Below, piece by piece: positions 32,018-43,396 of a stretch of DNA of 64,000 bases. Positions within the stretch are counted from its first letter, which is position 1, and each line of letters opens with the position of its first letter. A program made the translations under genes and the position numbers. The notes beneath the pieces were generated by a model, which was not told where the DNA came from, did not search any database, and saw nothing but the letters and a program-made list of their open reading frames with translations. The stretch is from an uncultured Chloroflexia bacterium (GTDB lineage Bacteria; Chloroflexota; UBA6077; JACCZL01), in the NCBI GenBank assembly GCA_963765765.1, contig CAVXYC010000023.1:320001-384000 (forward strand). Reading direction: 5' to 3'.

Positions 32018-32764
32018 TTAGATGCCTAGCCCGCGGTGCTCCAGAAGCTGCTTGTAGTACTTCCAGATTGGCTCAGCCTGGACTGGTCGCTCGGTCGCAA
32101 CCTGGCGCTGCCGAGCCCAGAGGTGCTCCTTATCCTCGTCGCTGATGTCGCGGAGCGGCGCACGAGCAGAAACGTCCCAGCAGATCTCCGCGAGCGCTTC
32201 CATCTTGATAGACCGAACGGTTGCCGCGCCGACGCTGGTCCCAACCGCTGTAATGCCGTGTCCGTACATCAAGCAGACTTGTTTATCGCCCATGATCGCC
32301 ATCATGTCGTGCGCCAGGGCAGGGCGAGTCACCGTGATCGAACGCGGGTAGACGGGGATACCGTTGGCGGCGATCATTGACGATGCGGGATCGAATGCAC
32401 CGAAGATCGGCTTCATCTCGATGCCTGCCAGACCACAGCGAAGGATCGCCGGTGGATGCGCATGGACTACGCACATGACTTCCGGTCGCGCCTTCAATAT
32501 CTCGCCGTGGATCGGAAACTCCTGCGGAAGACTCACACCTTCACGGGTCTCGGTGGTCTTGCCGTCGAAGTCAGCGCGAATGACATCTTCGGGGCGAGTA
32601 AACATCAGGCCCGTCTCGTCATAGCCACGGGCGCGAATCAGGAGCTCGTCCGTCCCTGGGATTCGAGCGCTCACGTGCCCGGTCGCTTCTTTCACCAGGC
32701 CCATCATGGCCAGCACCCGGCAGGCCAGGGCCACCTCTTTCCGTAGCTCGTCAACTGCATCCAT
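32018..32764 (-). CDS. Class II aldolase/adducin family protein
   Basis: GHVSARIP, EFPIH, VVHAHP, LMYGHG. Confidence 0.9.
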   Translation of the reverse strand: MDAVDELRKEVALACRVLAMMGLVKEATGHVSARIPGTDELLIRARGYDETGLMFTRPEDVIRADFDGKTTETREGVSLPQEFPIHGEILKARPEVMCVVHAHPPAILRCGLAGIEMKPIFGAFDPASSMIAANGIPVYPRSITVTRPALAHDMMAIMGDKQVCLMYGHGITAVGTSVGAATVRSIKMEALAEICWDVSARAPLRDISDEDKEHLWARQRQVATERPVQAEPIWKYYKQLLEHRGLGI

Positions 32765-33112
32765 TTGTGCACTCCTCCATATGGTCCGCAGTGTAGCCGG
32801 GCTGCTCCTGGGTGACTAGGAGCAGATTTAAATGAGCTCCGGTGGCAATCCTCGCCAAATTCACAACGGCTTTCCTACTTGAAGCCCAAACAATTAGCCG
32901 AATTCTTGTGCGCTGCGGTCAAACGCAGTGCTATATAGTCAGGCTCCGTTTCAAACGTGACGGAATTGTGATGGACCAAGCCGATACGCATGGAGCGCGT
33001 GGACGGAGTCGAAGCTATCTCGTTGTTCCAGCAGGCCTGCCGCACAGCCCATCTGTCATTCGGAGAATGGTCTGATCCTGCAAGCACTTGCGCCATGGGC
33101 AGACAGGCGCCC

Positions 33113-34415
33113 ATGATTCCAGCCGATACATCAGCTATGCCGCACTTCTCAGTTCAGCCTGTCGAGCATCCTATTGATGCGACTGTCGAGCTACCGGGCT
33201 CCAAGAGCTTGACCAATCGCGCTTTGCTTATTGCCGCTCTTGCTCAGGGCAACTCGACGATTCGACGGGCGTTGTTCTCCGATGACACCCATGCGATGCA
33301 TGGTGCGCTCAGCGCGCTCGGGATCTCGGTCGATGCCGACCAACACTCTCAGACGTACGTCGTGCGCGGTGAGGGCGGACGTATTCCGGCATCGGAGGGA
33401 ACGCTCTTCGTAGGAAATGCCGGCACGGCGGCCAGGTTTCTGACGGCGGCGGTTGCGCTTGGCCGCGGTCGGTACGTTGTGGATGGCGTTCCGCGAATGC
33501 GCCAGCGTCCTATCCAGCCGCTCATCGATGGCTTGCAGCAGCTTGGAGTCGATGTCCAGAGCGGAATTCGATAATGGCTGCCCCCCAGTGATCGTACAAG
33601 CACAGGGCATCCCGGGCGGAACAGCCCATGTGCGAGGCGACATCTCCAGTCAGTACTTCAGTGCGCTGATGCAGGCCGCGCCCTACGCCGCATCTGATGT
33701 GGACGTGAGGGTGGACGGCAAGCTGGTGTCCGTTCCGTACATGGAGATGACGGCCGGAATCATGGCCGAGTTTGGCGTGCACGTGGACGTTCAGGGCGAG
33801 ACAGGCTTCCACGTACCCGCTGGACAGCGGTACGAGTCACGCGAATACGTCGTGGAGCCAGATGCATCCGGAGCCTCGTACTTCTTTGCCGCCGCGGCGG
33901 TGACTGGCGGTCACGTGCGCGTGCCATACCTGGGCCCACGGTCGCCCCAGGGTGACCTGGGACTTCTGGAAGTCCTGGAGCGGATGGGCTGTCGCGTCCA
34001 CCGCGAGGACGATGCGGTGGAATTGTGGGGCCCCGAGGTGCTCAACGGGGTGGATGCGGATTTTGAGCGAATGGGCGACGTCTTCAGCACCCTAGCGGCG
34101 ATCGCCCCATTCGCATCTGAGCCCGTCCGGATCACTGGAATTGCTCAGACCCACCACGAAGAATCTGATCGCCCTGTGGCGGTGGCCACGGAGCTTCGGC
34201 GAATGGGGATCACCGTTGAGGATCACTGGGACTCGCTGGTCATCTACCCGGGCTCGCCACGTGCTGCCGAGATCCACACGTACGATGACCATCGCATCGC
34301 CATGAGCTTCGCGATCACCGGTCTCAAGGCGACGGGCATCACGATTCTCGACCCCGGGTGCGTTGCGAAGACCTTCCCGGACTACTTCGAGGTTCTCACC
34401 TCAGCCACAGTCTGA
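33113..34415 (+). CDS. aroA: EPSP synthase; frameshift near 33565
   Basis: PGSKSLTNRAL, GNAGTAARFL, SSQYFSAL, EPDAS, ESDR, TYDDHRIAMSFA, CVAKTFP. Confidence 0.95.
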
Positions 34416-34567
34416 TCTCCACGACCTGTGTTCCCGGGGAAGACGCCCGCGCCTAGATCCGAGCGCAAGTTTTTATTTGACCGGCTGGCGGCGGCGCGCT
34501 ACGATCGTTCCCGGCTTCACCAGTGCCGTTTGCCAACGGTGCATACAGCTCTGGGAGCCTCTGATCC

Positions 34568-35514
34568 ATGGCTCAGTACATCTTGCGCCGCCTCGTTCTG
34601 ATCGTGCCGACGTTCCTGGTGGTGTCGGTGCTCGTCTTTGCCATGCTCCGACTTATCCCTGGCGATGTGATCGACATCATGTCGCAGGGTGACCCCAATC
34701 GAGCGACGGCGGACGCGCTCCGCGTGGAGCTTGGGTTGGACAGACCTGCGCCGTATCAGTACTTGGTGTGGCTTTCCAACATTCTGCAGGGTGATCTCGG
34801 ACACTCTCTATACACGAAGAAGCCGGTCACCGATGAGCTCGCCTGGCGCGTTCCAGTGACGCTGGAGATGGCGTTCCTCGCGCTCACCATCGCGCTGCTC
34901 ATCGCGGCGCCCATCGCAGTGGTCAGCGCTGTGCAGGCAGGACAAGGCCGCGGATTACGCGCTGCGGACCGTCGCCATCGGGGCTGTGGCGGTCCCGTCT
35001 TTCTGGATCGCCACGCTGTGCCATCACCATCCCGTCCATCCTGTGGGGATGGGCGCCGCCGCTGAAGTTTATCCCGATTGATGAGGACACGCTGGAGCAC
35101 TTCGGTGGATTGCTACTGCCTGCACTGATCCTGAGCCTCTCGCTCATGGGGCGTATCGTGCGTCTCCTTCGCGCCATGCTGCTGGAAGTCCTGCACGAAG
35201 ACTATGTGCGCACGGCCTGGGCAAAAGGCTTGCGCGATACCGTGGTGCTCCGACGTCACGCGATCCGCAACGCACTCATCCCGGTTATCACGGTAATCGG
35301 ACTGGAAATCCCACTACTACTGGGCGGTACGGTGGTCATTGAGGAGATCTTCAATCTGCCTGGCATGGGGAGATTCATCCTTCAATCGCTACAGAAGCGT
35401 GACTACGTTCCCGCCCAGTCAGTCATCCTTTTGTTTGCCTGCGCGACGATGCTGATCAATCTGTTGACAGATGCGCTGTACAGCGCGCTCGATCCGCGTA
35501 TTCGCTATAGCTGA
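34568..35514 (+). CDS. Peptide/nickel ABC permease (DppB/OppB-like); frameshifted
   Basis: YILRRL, LGLDRP..QY..WL, EDYVRTAWAKGL, DPRIR. Confidence 0.88.
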
Positions 35515-35521
35515 CCGTTCC

Positions 35522-36440
35522 ATGTCAATCAGCATTGCCCAACCGCTCGCGATCCCCGGCCGGAAGGTTCGGACCCCGCGCCCCTGGCCCATCCAGCTTG
35601 TGGTCCAGCTTGCCACGAGAAAGCCGCTGGGATTTTTCGGGTTTGTCATTGTCGTCGTCAGCCTGCTCTTGGCTGTCTTCGCCGACGTCATTGCGCCGTA
35701 CGGATTTGACGAGCCGGACTTCGGCGCTACCCTCCAGGCCCCAAGCGCGGCCCACATCATGGGCACCGATTTTCTGGGGCGCGACCTGTTTAGCCGCCTG
35801 GTCCACGGTGCGCGCGTTTCGGTCTTCGTCATCGTTGGCGCCGTTGGGCTGGGCACGATGCTCTCCACGGCGCTAGGCGTAGTCTCCGGCTACTTCGGTG
35901 GCCGGGTCGACGCAGTTGTTCAGCGGTTTGTGGATGCGTGGATGAGCATCCCGCCGGTCCTGTTTTTTCTATTCATCATGGCCATCATTGGTCCCAGCGT
36001 TCAAAACATGATTTTAGTGCTTGGACTTCTGGCCATCAGAGAGAGCCGAGTGGTGCGGGGGTCCGATCTTGAGTGTGCGCGAGCATACGTATGTGGAGGC
36101 CGCGCGCGCCGTGGGCGCAAGCCAGCTGCGCATTCTTTTGCTTTACCTGCTGCCCAACGTGATGGTGCCCATCATCATCCTCACCACACTGCGGGCGGGC
36201 GCGGTGGTGCTGCTGGAAGCCACGCTGAGCTTCCTGGGCTACGGCATTCCGCCACCCTTCCCCGCGTGGGGCCGCATGTTGAGCGCGGAGTCCCGAACGT
36301 ATATGCTCGACGCGCCGTGGCTGGCCATATGGCCAGGCGTGTTCCTGAGCCTGACGGTATTCGGTTGGAACGTGCTGGGCGATGCGCTTCGAGATCTCCT
36401 CGATCCGCGCATGCAGGGCGCGGGCGGTCGAGCCCGCTAA
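35522..36440 (+). CDS. Peptide/nickel ABC permease (DppC/OppC-like); frameshifted
   Basis: GTDFLGRDLFSRL, YVEAARAVGAS, LSFLGYG, GDALRDLLDPR. Confidence 0.9.
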
Positions 36441-36496
36441 GTCGGAGACTTGCGAATGCCGGCGTTCGTTGCGCCGGTCAATTGGGAGGAGTAGGT

Positions 36497-38220
36497 ATGG
36501 CTGACAGTTCGCACGTGTCAGGGCTCAGGGCGGGAGTCCGGGCGCCCTTCGACGCGGTCGCCCGCAATCGGCGCATCGTTGGCGCCGCGCTGATGGCGCT
36601 CATGCTGGTGGCGTGCTCGCGTGGTGCCGCGCCAGCGCAGAAACCTTCAGACTCCGCTGCCCGGCAACATCAAGACGGGCGGAACACTCACGTTCGTTCA
36701 GCGCTCCGATCCCACGAGCTGGGACATCTGGGGCGCGCAGCGCACGATTGATCCGACTCGCTCCGCCGCTGACATGGTCTTCTCTCCGCTGATCATCCCC
36801 GTGTCCGACCCCAACGGCGGTTGCGAGATCAAGTTCGAAGGCGAGCTGGCCGAGAGCTGGAAGTACCTGGACAACAAGACCATCGAGGTTAAGCTTCGTC
36901 CAGGGCGTGAAGTGGCACAACAAGGCGCCCATCAACGGTCGCGAGCTGACGTCCGATGATGTTGTCTATAGCTTCGAGGAGCGATTCAAGCAGGGCGGTG
37001 CAGGCGCGACGTTCTATGGGCGGACGGTCTTCGACCATGCCGAAGCAGTTGACCCGCTGACGGTAAAATTGCACCTCAAGATGCCGTACGCGAATTTTTT
37101 AGAAGACCTGTACACCACTGGCTGGGCGTGGATCGTTCCGCGCGGTCATGCCGGTCCGGACGGCAAAGAGTGGCTGGAGCAGCCCGAGAAGTCATGGATC
37201 GGTACGGGCCCGTTCATGTTCAAAGAGCATCAGCCCGGGGTGAAGACCGTCTTCGAGAAGAACCCGAACTACTTTCAAGTCGGGCAAGCCGTACGTCGAC
37301 CGAGTGGAGATGCTGACCATCGCCGACGAGTCCACGAAGTTGGCACAGATGCGCGCCGGATCGCTGGACGTCTATCCCTCGGCAGGGCCGCGCTCCGCAT
37401 CGGACCTGAAGCGCACGAACAGCGAGATGACCGTCAAGTCGTGCCCGAGCCGATTTACGGAGAGCCTGAACTTCCCGATGGACCAGGGCGCCCTGGGGCG
37501 ACGTTCGGGTTCGTCAGGCCGTCTCAATGGCAATCAACCGCGAGGCGCTCGATTAAGACGGTCCTGCATAGCCAGGACGCTTTTGCGGGCATTCTCTGGC
37601 CACTCGATCCCGAGGCGCTGAAGATGGAGGACTTTCCGCCCGAGTACCGCAAGTACCTGGAGTATCGGCCCGACGAGGCAAAGGCTCTGCTGGCTCAGGC
37701 GGGCTTCCCTAATGGCTTCTCGACGAAGATCATCTTCACGCCGATCTACGGCTCGCCCTGGAACGAGCTTTCCGAAGCTATCGTGACGATGCTTCGCGGC
37801 GTGGGGATCCAGGCCGACATGGAGCTGATGGAGTACGGCGCCTACATTCGTCAGATGGTAGTCAACGGCGAATTCGACGCGCCCGTCATGCGCTACGCGA
37901 ATCGCTTCTCGATCAGCGACATGGCGGGCGATAATCTTGTGGAGCAAGCACCCGGGCCGTGGATACCACGCGTCTTAAGAAGGTGCCCGACGCAAAGTTC
38001 GACGCGATGATCGAGGAGTATTGGGGCACGTTTGACGCGGCCAAGCGCAAGGATCAGGCGAAAGCTGATCCAGTACCACCTGGCTGAGAACGTTCCGCAA
38101 TTCTTCAATCCCACCTGGGGCAATGCGCTCATCGCTCAGCCATGGGTCAAGAACATCGCCTGGCGCGGCAACGAGAAGTTCTTCACCAACATCATCGATC
38201 AGGCGTGGATCGACAAATAA
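36497..38220 (+). CDS. ABC substrate-binding lipoprotein, family 5; several frameshifts
   Basis: LVAC lipobox, GELAESW, KLRPGVKWHNK, GTGPF, AKALLAQAGFPNG. Confidence 0.85.
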
Positions 38221-38254
38221 GCGTCAGCTTCGAGTAATCGCTCGAGCGACATAT

Positions 38255-38288
38255 GCCCCTGGCTGGTGGTTCCGGCCAGGGGCGTTTT
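38255..38288 (+). terminator. Intrinsic terminator of the ABC operon
   Basis: GCCCCTGGCTGG/CCGGCCAGGGGC stem followed by GTTTT. Confidence 0.7.
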
Positions 38289-38321
38289 CGTCCGAGAATC
38301 TACGTACCCTCTTGCAGTGGT

Positions 38322-38423
38322 GCGGTACGGACCCTTGTGGCCTGTGCCTGGGATTCACGGTCACGATCACGTTCCGTTCCGTCGAAGATGCGCCCCAGGC
38401 ACAGGCCACAAGGGCCGTGCTAC
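38322..38423. repeat. REPIN-like inverted pair (family B)
   Basis: CCCTTGTGGCCTGTGCCTGGG...CCCAGGCACAGGCCACAAGGG; same arms as 2043-2142. Confidence 0.78.
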
Positions 38424-38436
38424 GGGTTGATCTTCT

Positions 38437-40794
38437 CTACGCCCGAGCTTGGCGACGCCAGAGCGCGGCCAGAATCAACCAGCCGACGGCTGCCACGGCG
38501 GAGATCATCCCGCCGATCCAGAAGCTCCGCGGTACGTAGCGTAGCTCCAGAGTGTGAGTCCCCGCCGGCATCTCCGCGGCGGAGAACGCCACGTTCGCTC
38601 GATAGAGCGGGATTTCAACGCCGTCGAGCCAACCTTTACGCTCCGGATAGTAGGGTTCGCTCAGGAACAGAATCCCTCCCTGAGGCGACACGACGTTCGC
38701 GACAAGCTCCCCGTCGGCGCGATCTTTGATGGGTATATCCACCGTGGATCCCTGGCGGCAGTTGCTGACGTCCTTAAGCGATTCAGATAGTTCGCGCTGT
38801 CCTTCGGTTTGGACAATTGTCCGCTCGCGCAGATCGAGCGATGTGTCGCGGACACGATCGATGGCGGCGTCTCGGTCACGGACCTCCTCGAATCCGCACG
38901 TCAATATGGCCCGCGGTTCAGCGTTGACATTGCGGTACAGCACGTCGCGATTCCGCCGTTGGACTTCAATGAAACCACTGACCCGAAGTGGGTTACAGGC
39001 CAGCACGTGCGTCACGTTCATCAGATTGAGCAGGTCCATGCGTTCGGGGATGCGACCAGGCTGGCTCGTGTCAACCGCGATACTGCGCACCTGCTTCGTG
39101 CCAATTGGAATGTGGTTTAGCATCGTCAAATACGTGAACGCGGAGTAGGACTGTAAGAAGACCGAGTTGTAGCCGTTCACGGTTGGCGTGGAGAGTTGCG
39201 CCATGTCATTGGGCTGAAGCACTCCGTCACAGTTGGTGACAACCCGATCGATTTGCTCGCGATTGAATAAAGTGTCGATCTGACGTAGGTCGGGGACCCG
39301 TTGACCCTGAATGAATGGACGGGCGTATTGTGAGAGCTCAGTGAGCAGGAACAGGCTGAGCAGGGTACTCGTGAGCATTGGAGCCCGCCACCGGCCGGGG
39401 AGCACGATGAGCGCTGCAATGCCCGCAATCTGAATCGGCAGCAACCATATTCCGGCGCCGAGGACCTCACTTACGGGCGCGTTGGAATCAAGATGGAGCA
39501 TCCAGATGAGAACGCCGAAGACGATGGTCTCCGAGGCGAGGAGGCCCAGGATCAGCGGTCTCGAGAATTGACGCGTCTGCATAAGCGCGTTGAGTCCCAG
39601 CGCGCCAAGGACGACCACTCCGAGCGAGAAAAGCGGCAAGATACGCGAGGCGTGGCGCAATCCGGGCAGTACCAGGTAATGGAGATAGAAAAATGGCGCA
39701 TTGCGGCCGAATGAGAAGGCCAGCGCCGCCAATGCAAGAACGCCGAAAAAGACGGCGTATCGTCGGCGCTCGCCGGCAAGGATGAAACCGATCGGCGCCA
39801 GAAGAACAAGCAGCGCGCCGCTATACGCCGACCGCTCCCAATGGGAACCCCGCACGTCATCGTTGGGCTCCGCCCGAATGGAATTCATCGATTCCGGAGC
39901 AACCAGCGTGACGAGGTGGAAGGCGTCCCAGGAATTGCGCGCCGCGGAATCGTAACTGAGCCCGGCGGTGCGACCCAGCTCCTTAACCAAACCGATCGTC
40001 GGGAGCAGCATGAATGCTGCGAGTCCACTAAGAAGCACCAGGGTCATGACCCATTGGTTCGCGGCTCGCCAGTTCAGTCGGTCGACGCTCCAGCTACGCG
40101 CGGAGGCCCACCAGGCATACACGTAAAACGCCCCTACCGCGGCATAGACGTAGATCGTGGTCTGCAGATGGCCGGTGAGAAATTGGATCGTGAGAACCGC
40201 TGGAAGGGCGGGGTGAGGAATCCAGGTTCGTCGCCGCACAGACACGATGGCCAGCGCGAGCGCCACAGGGAGCCAGGCCCAGCCATAAATGAGCATTATG
40301 TGACCCGCGTGAACTCGCGGCGCATAGGTTCCGCCCAACGCGAAACCGGCCCCTGCGATGAACGCGGGCAGCCAGCCTGTCCCAATCACTCGACACAGCG
40401 CCATGACGCCAGCTCCGGCGATCCAGACGTGAAGGACCATGCCCCACGTGAAGAACGATTGGATGGGCAGGAGCCGCAACGGAAGGTTGAGGGGATAAAA
40501 AAGCTGGGTTTGGATGTCGGCCGCGGCTGGCAATCCGCTCAGGAGATACGGATTCCACCACGGAATGCTTCCCTCGGCCAGCGCGAGTCGGTTGAAGGAT
40601 TCCCAGTTGAACGACTGGGTCATGTCATGCCCGTCCACGGTTCTTCCGGGACGCATGACCAGCTCTGAGAAAGCGAAAAGAACCAGAGCGGCCAGGGCCA
40701 CGTGAGCGAGTACTGGTGGTATGAACGCGAGAAAGCGCGCCGCGGGCATTGCTACCTGGCGAGGCGCGCTCATCGTCGTGGTTGCGCTAGTCAT
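38437..40794 (-). CDS. YfhO-family polytopic membrane protein (GT-C-like)
   Basis: PWWNPYLLSGLP..A..Q...FYP, many TM segments, C-terminal GTHTLELRYVP. Confidence 0.85.
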   Translation of the reverse strand: MTSATTTMSAPRQVAMPAARFLAFIPPVLAHVALAALVLFAFSELVMRPGRTVDGHDMTQSFNWESFNRLALAEGSIPWWNPYLLSGLPAAADIQTQLFYPLNLPLRLLPIQSFFTWGMVLHVWIAGAGVMALCRVIGTGWLPAFIAGAGFALGGTYAPRVHAGHIMLIYGWAWLPVALALAIVSVRRRTWIPHPALPAVLTIQFLTGHLQTTIYVYAAVGAFYVYAWWASARSWSVDRLNWRAANQWVMTLVLLSGLAAFMLLPTIGLVKELGRTAGLSYDSAARNSWDAFHLVTLVAPESMNSIRAEPNDDVRGSHWERSAYSGALLVLLAPIGFILAGERRRYAVFFGVLALAALAFSFGRNAPFFYLHYLVLPGLRHASRILPLFSLGVVVLGALGLNALMQTRQFSRPLILGLLASETIVFGVLIWMLHLDSNAPVSEVLGAGIWLLPIQIAGIAALIVLPGRWRAPMLTSTLLSLFLLTELSQYARPFIQGQRVPDLRQIDTLFNREQIDRVVTNCDGVLQPNDMAQLSTPTVNGYNSVFLQSYSAFTYLTMLNHIPIGTKQVRSIAVDTSQPGRIPERMDLLNLMNVTHVLACNPLRVSGFIEVQRRNRDVLYRNVNAEPRAILTCGFEEVRDRDAAIDRVRDTSLDLRERTIVQTEGQRELSESLKDVSNCRQGSTVDIPIKDRADGELVANVVSPQGGILFLSEPYYPERKGWLDGVEIPLYRANVAFSAAEMPAGTHTLELRYVPRSFWIGGMISAVAAVGWLILAALWRRQARA

Positions 40795-41512
40795 AGATTC
40801 GTGAACGGAGTCTGGATCAAGGGCCCTCGCCCACTATAGCGAGACGAGCTCCTTCAATTTTGGCTTAATGCTCTCCGACATGGCGAAATAGTCGATCACG
40901 ATCCGAGTCAGCTTGGGACCGTTGAGCGGCTGGAGTCCAGCTTGAGCTGCGTGGCGTCTGCCAGAAACTCAGGATCCTGAATCGTCTTGACGAAGGCCGT
41001 TTGCAGGGCCGCGACGCGATCCTTGGGTACTTCAGGTGCCGCCACGTACGGTCGCGCAATGGTGTGCGTGTCAAGCGAACGGTAGCGAATAATCTGCCGA
41101 CTTTTTCAGTTTTGGCGTAGTCCCAGATGCATGGCACGCGATATGGCAGGTCCTTGCCCTGCTCTTGCGGGAAGATCATGAAGATGACGTGCTCGCCGTT
41201 GGCGATCTGCGCAGGGTGGATGACCTTCACCGAGTCCCAGCTCGTGAGGAAGCCATCGACAAGCGAGCGCTGAGCAAACCGCCAGAAGTCTAGAGGATGA
41301 GCCGATCTGGGCGTCAATGGGGTGACATCGCGGCGCACCCATCTAGCGCACTTTACGGCTGGTTGGAATCCTCCCGAGGGTCTACCATTACATCATCCCC
41401 ACTTTTTTCTCCTTCACGGCCAGGACTTCATGCTCGCCTGCTCCCAATCTCGCGTTCGCCTTCTGGCGCGGGCGCGGCTCTCCCTGAACCCCGCACTATT
41501 CGGAGCGTCGTC

Positions 41513-42517
41513 GTGACCGACGTGGTGACCGTCGAGGGTGTGGTCAAGACTTACCGCGCCCGCGGACATACGGTGCGGGCGCTGGACGGTTTAGACCTCG
41601 ACGTTAAGGAGGGTACGGTGCTGGCACTCCTCGGGCCGAATGGCGCGGGCAAGACCACTACGGTCCGAATTCTCGCCACGCTACTCAAGCCGGATGCGGG
41701 CCGAGCAACCGTGGCGGGCTTCGATGTGGTGCGTGAAGCTCAGCGGGTCCGTTCCGTCATCGGTCTTTCGGGTCAATACGCGGCCGTGGACGAGAACCTC
41801 ACCGGTCGCGAGAATCTGGAGATGTTCGCGCGGCTCTATCGATTCTCGGCTGCCGAGTCACGACTGCGCGCGGGTGAGCTGCTGGAGCAGTTCTCACTGG
41901 TAGAAGCCGCGGGACGGACGGTCAAGACATACTCAGGGGGCATGCGGCGGCGGCTGGATCTTGCCGGAGCGTTGATTGCTCGCCCGCGCCTTCTCTTCCT
42001 GGATGAGCCCACAACTGGTCTCGATCCGCGCAGTCGCCTCGGCATGTGGGACGTGATCCGTGATCGTGTGCGCCAGGGCGCTACCTTACTGCTGACAACC
42101 CAATATCTCGAAGAAGCGGATGAGCTGGCGGATAGCATCGCGGTGGTTGATAGTGGCAAGATCGTCGCTCGAGGCACAGCGGATGAGTTGAAGTCAGCCG
42201 TTGGCGGCGAGCGCATCGAAGTGATCGTGCGCAACCGCGCGGACCTGGCGCGTGCCATCGAGGTGCTGTCTCGTGATTGCGAAGGTGACTGCGCGGTGGA
42301 CGAGCACACCCGGAAGGTCACAGTTCCGGCGCATGGCGGTGCTCAGCGACTCGTCCAGGTTGTGCGTGATCTCGACGAGTCGCACGTCGAAATCGATGAC
42401 ATCGGCCTGCGACGGCCGACACTCGATGAGGTGTTCCTGTTCCTTACGGGTCACGCCGCGGAGGATGGTTTTGGTAACGCGGAAAACGAAACCACAGGCA
42501 CGCAGCCAAAGCAATGA
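41513..42517 (+). CDS. DrrA-family ABC exporter ATP-binding protein
   Basis: GPNGAGKT, YSGGMRRRLDLA, LFLDEPTTGLDP, RPTLDEVFL. Confidence 0.93.
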   Translation: MTDVVTVEGVVKTYRARGHTVRALDGLDLDVKEGTVLALLGPNGAGKTTTVRILATLLKPDAGRATVAGFDVVREAQRVRSVIGLSGQYAAVDENLTGRENLEMFARLYRFSAAESRLRAGELLEQFSLVEAAGRTVKTYSGGMRRRLDLAGALIARPRLLFLDEPTTGLDPRSRLGMWDVIRDRVRQGATLLLTTQYLEEADELADSIAVVDSGKIVARGTADELKSAVGGERIEVIVRNRADLARAIEVLSRDCEGDCAVDEHTRKVTVPAHGGAQRLVQVVRDLDESHVEIDDIGLRRPTLDEVFLFLTGHAAEDGFGNAENETTGTQPKQ

Positions 42518-43338
42518 AGTCATTCGACGCCGAGCAGGGATCCAGCGGATTGAGCCAGGCAATATCCGACAGTCTGGTGATCACCTGGCGCAACCTCAAG
42601 CGCATCCCGCGCATTCCCGAGCTGGCGATTTTCGCGATCCTGCAGTCGATCATGTTTGTGCTGCTGTTCGCGTTCGTCTTCGGCGGGGCTATTCCGTTGC
42701 CGGGTGGCGGCTCTTACTCGGACTTCCTGATGCCTGGCATCTTTGCGCAGACCATCGCCTTTGCAGCGGCCACCACCGCCGTAGGCATGACGGACGATAT
42801 CAATAAAGGAATCATCGATCGGTTTCGCTCACTGCCGATGGCCAGGTCGGCGGTTCTCAGCGGTCGGACGGTGTCCGACGTTATCTACAACGGTGGGATT
42901 CTGATTGTGCTAATGCTCTCAGGCCTGGCCGTGGGCTGGCGGGTGCACACGGGAGTTCCCGAGTTTCTCGCTGGAGTCGGACTGCTTCTGCTGTTCACAT
43001 TTGCCATGTCATGGATCGGTGTCTGGTTCGGAACAACCGTCCCCAACGTGGAGGTGGCGCAGCAGGTCTCGTTCATCGTGATCATGCCGTTGACGTTTGT
43101 CTCGAACGTCTTTGTGCCAACTGAGACGCTGCCATCCTGGCTGCGCCCGTTTGCCGAGTGGAATCCCGTGACGGCGCTGACGGCAGCCACGCGTCAGCTC
43201 TGGGGGAACCCCAATCCGTTCGCTGGGGGTGGCTTTCCCGCGGAGCACCCGATTTTGCTCACCCTTGTCTGGGTGGTGGTCCTGATTGCGATTTTTGCGC
43301 CACTGGGCGTGCGCAAGTATCAGGGCTTGAACCGCTAG
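42514..43338 (+). CDS. DrrB-family ABC-2 permease
   Basis: GIIDRFRSLPMAR, WNPVT; coupled to the ATPase gene. Confidence 0.9.
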   Translation: MKSFDAEQGSSGLSQAISDSLVITWRNLKRIPRIPELAIFAILQSIMFVLLFAFVFGGAIPLPGGGSYSDFLMPGIFAQTIAFAAATTAVGMTDDINKGIIDRFRSLPMARSAVLSGRTVSDVIYNGGILIVLMLSGLAVGWRVHTGVPEFLAGVGLLLLFTFAMSWIGVWFGTTVPNVEVAQQVSFIVIMPLTFVSNVFVPTETLPSWLRPFAEWNPVTALTAATRQLWGNPNPFAGGGFPAEHPILLTLVWVVVLIAIFAPLGVRKYQGLNR

Positions 43339-43346
43339 GACGATTC

Positions 43347-43393
43347 CCCATGGGACGTATGGGTCCCATTTGTCCCATCAGTCCTGGAGTCCT
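43347..43393. repeat. Short inverted array of degenerate 9-mers
   Basis: CCCATGGGA CGTATGGGT CCCATTTGT CCCATCAGT CC between convergent genes. Confidence 0.4.
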
Positions 43394-43396
43394 CAG

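Noticed and set aside
1141-38423. Recurrent palindromic repeats as a CRISPR array or integron attC sites
   Set aside because: They are dispersed inverted pairs without regular spacers, and no cas or integrase genes are present. The GTAG-hairpin design and the RAYT fit REPINs.
40865-41342. ORFs between yfhO and the drrA-like gene
   Set aside because: No recognisable family or clear start; possibly a gene remnant.
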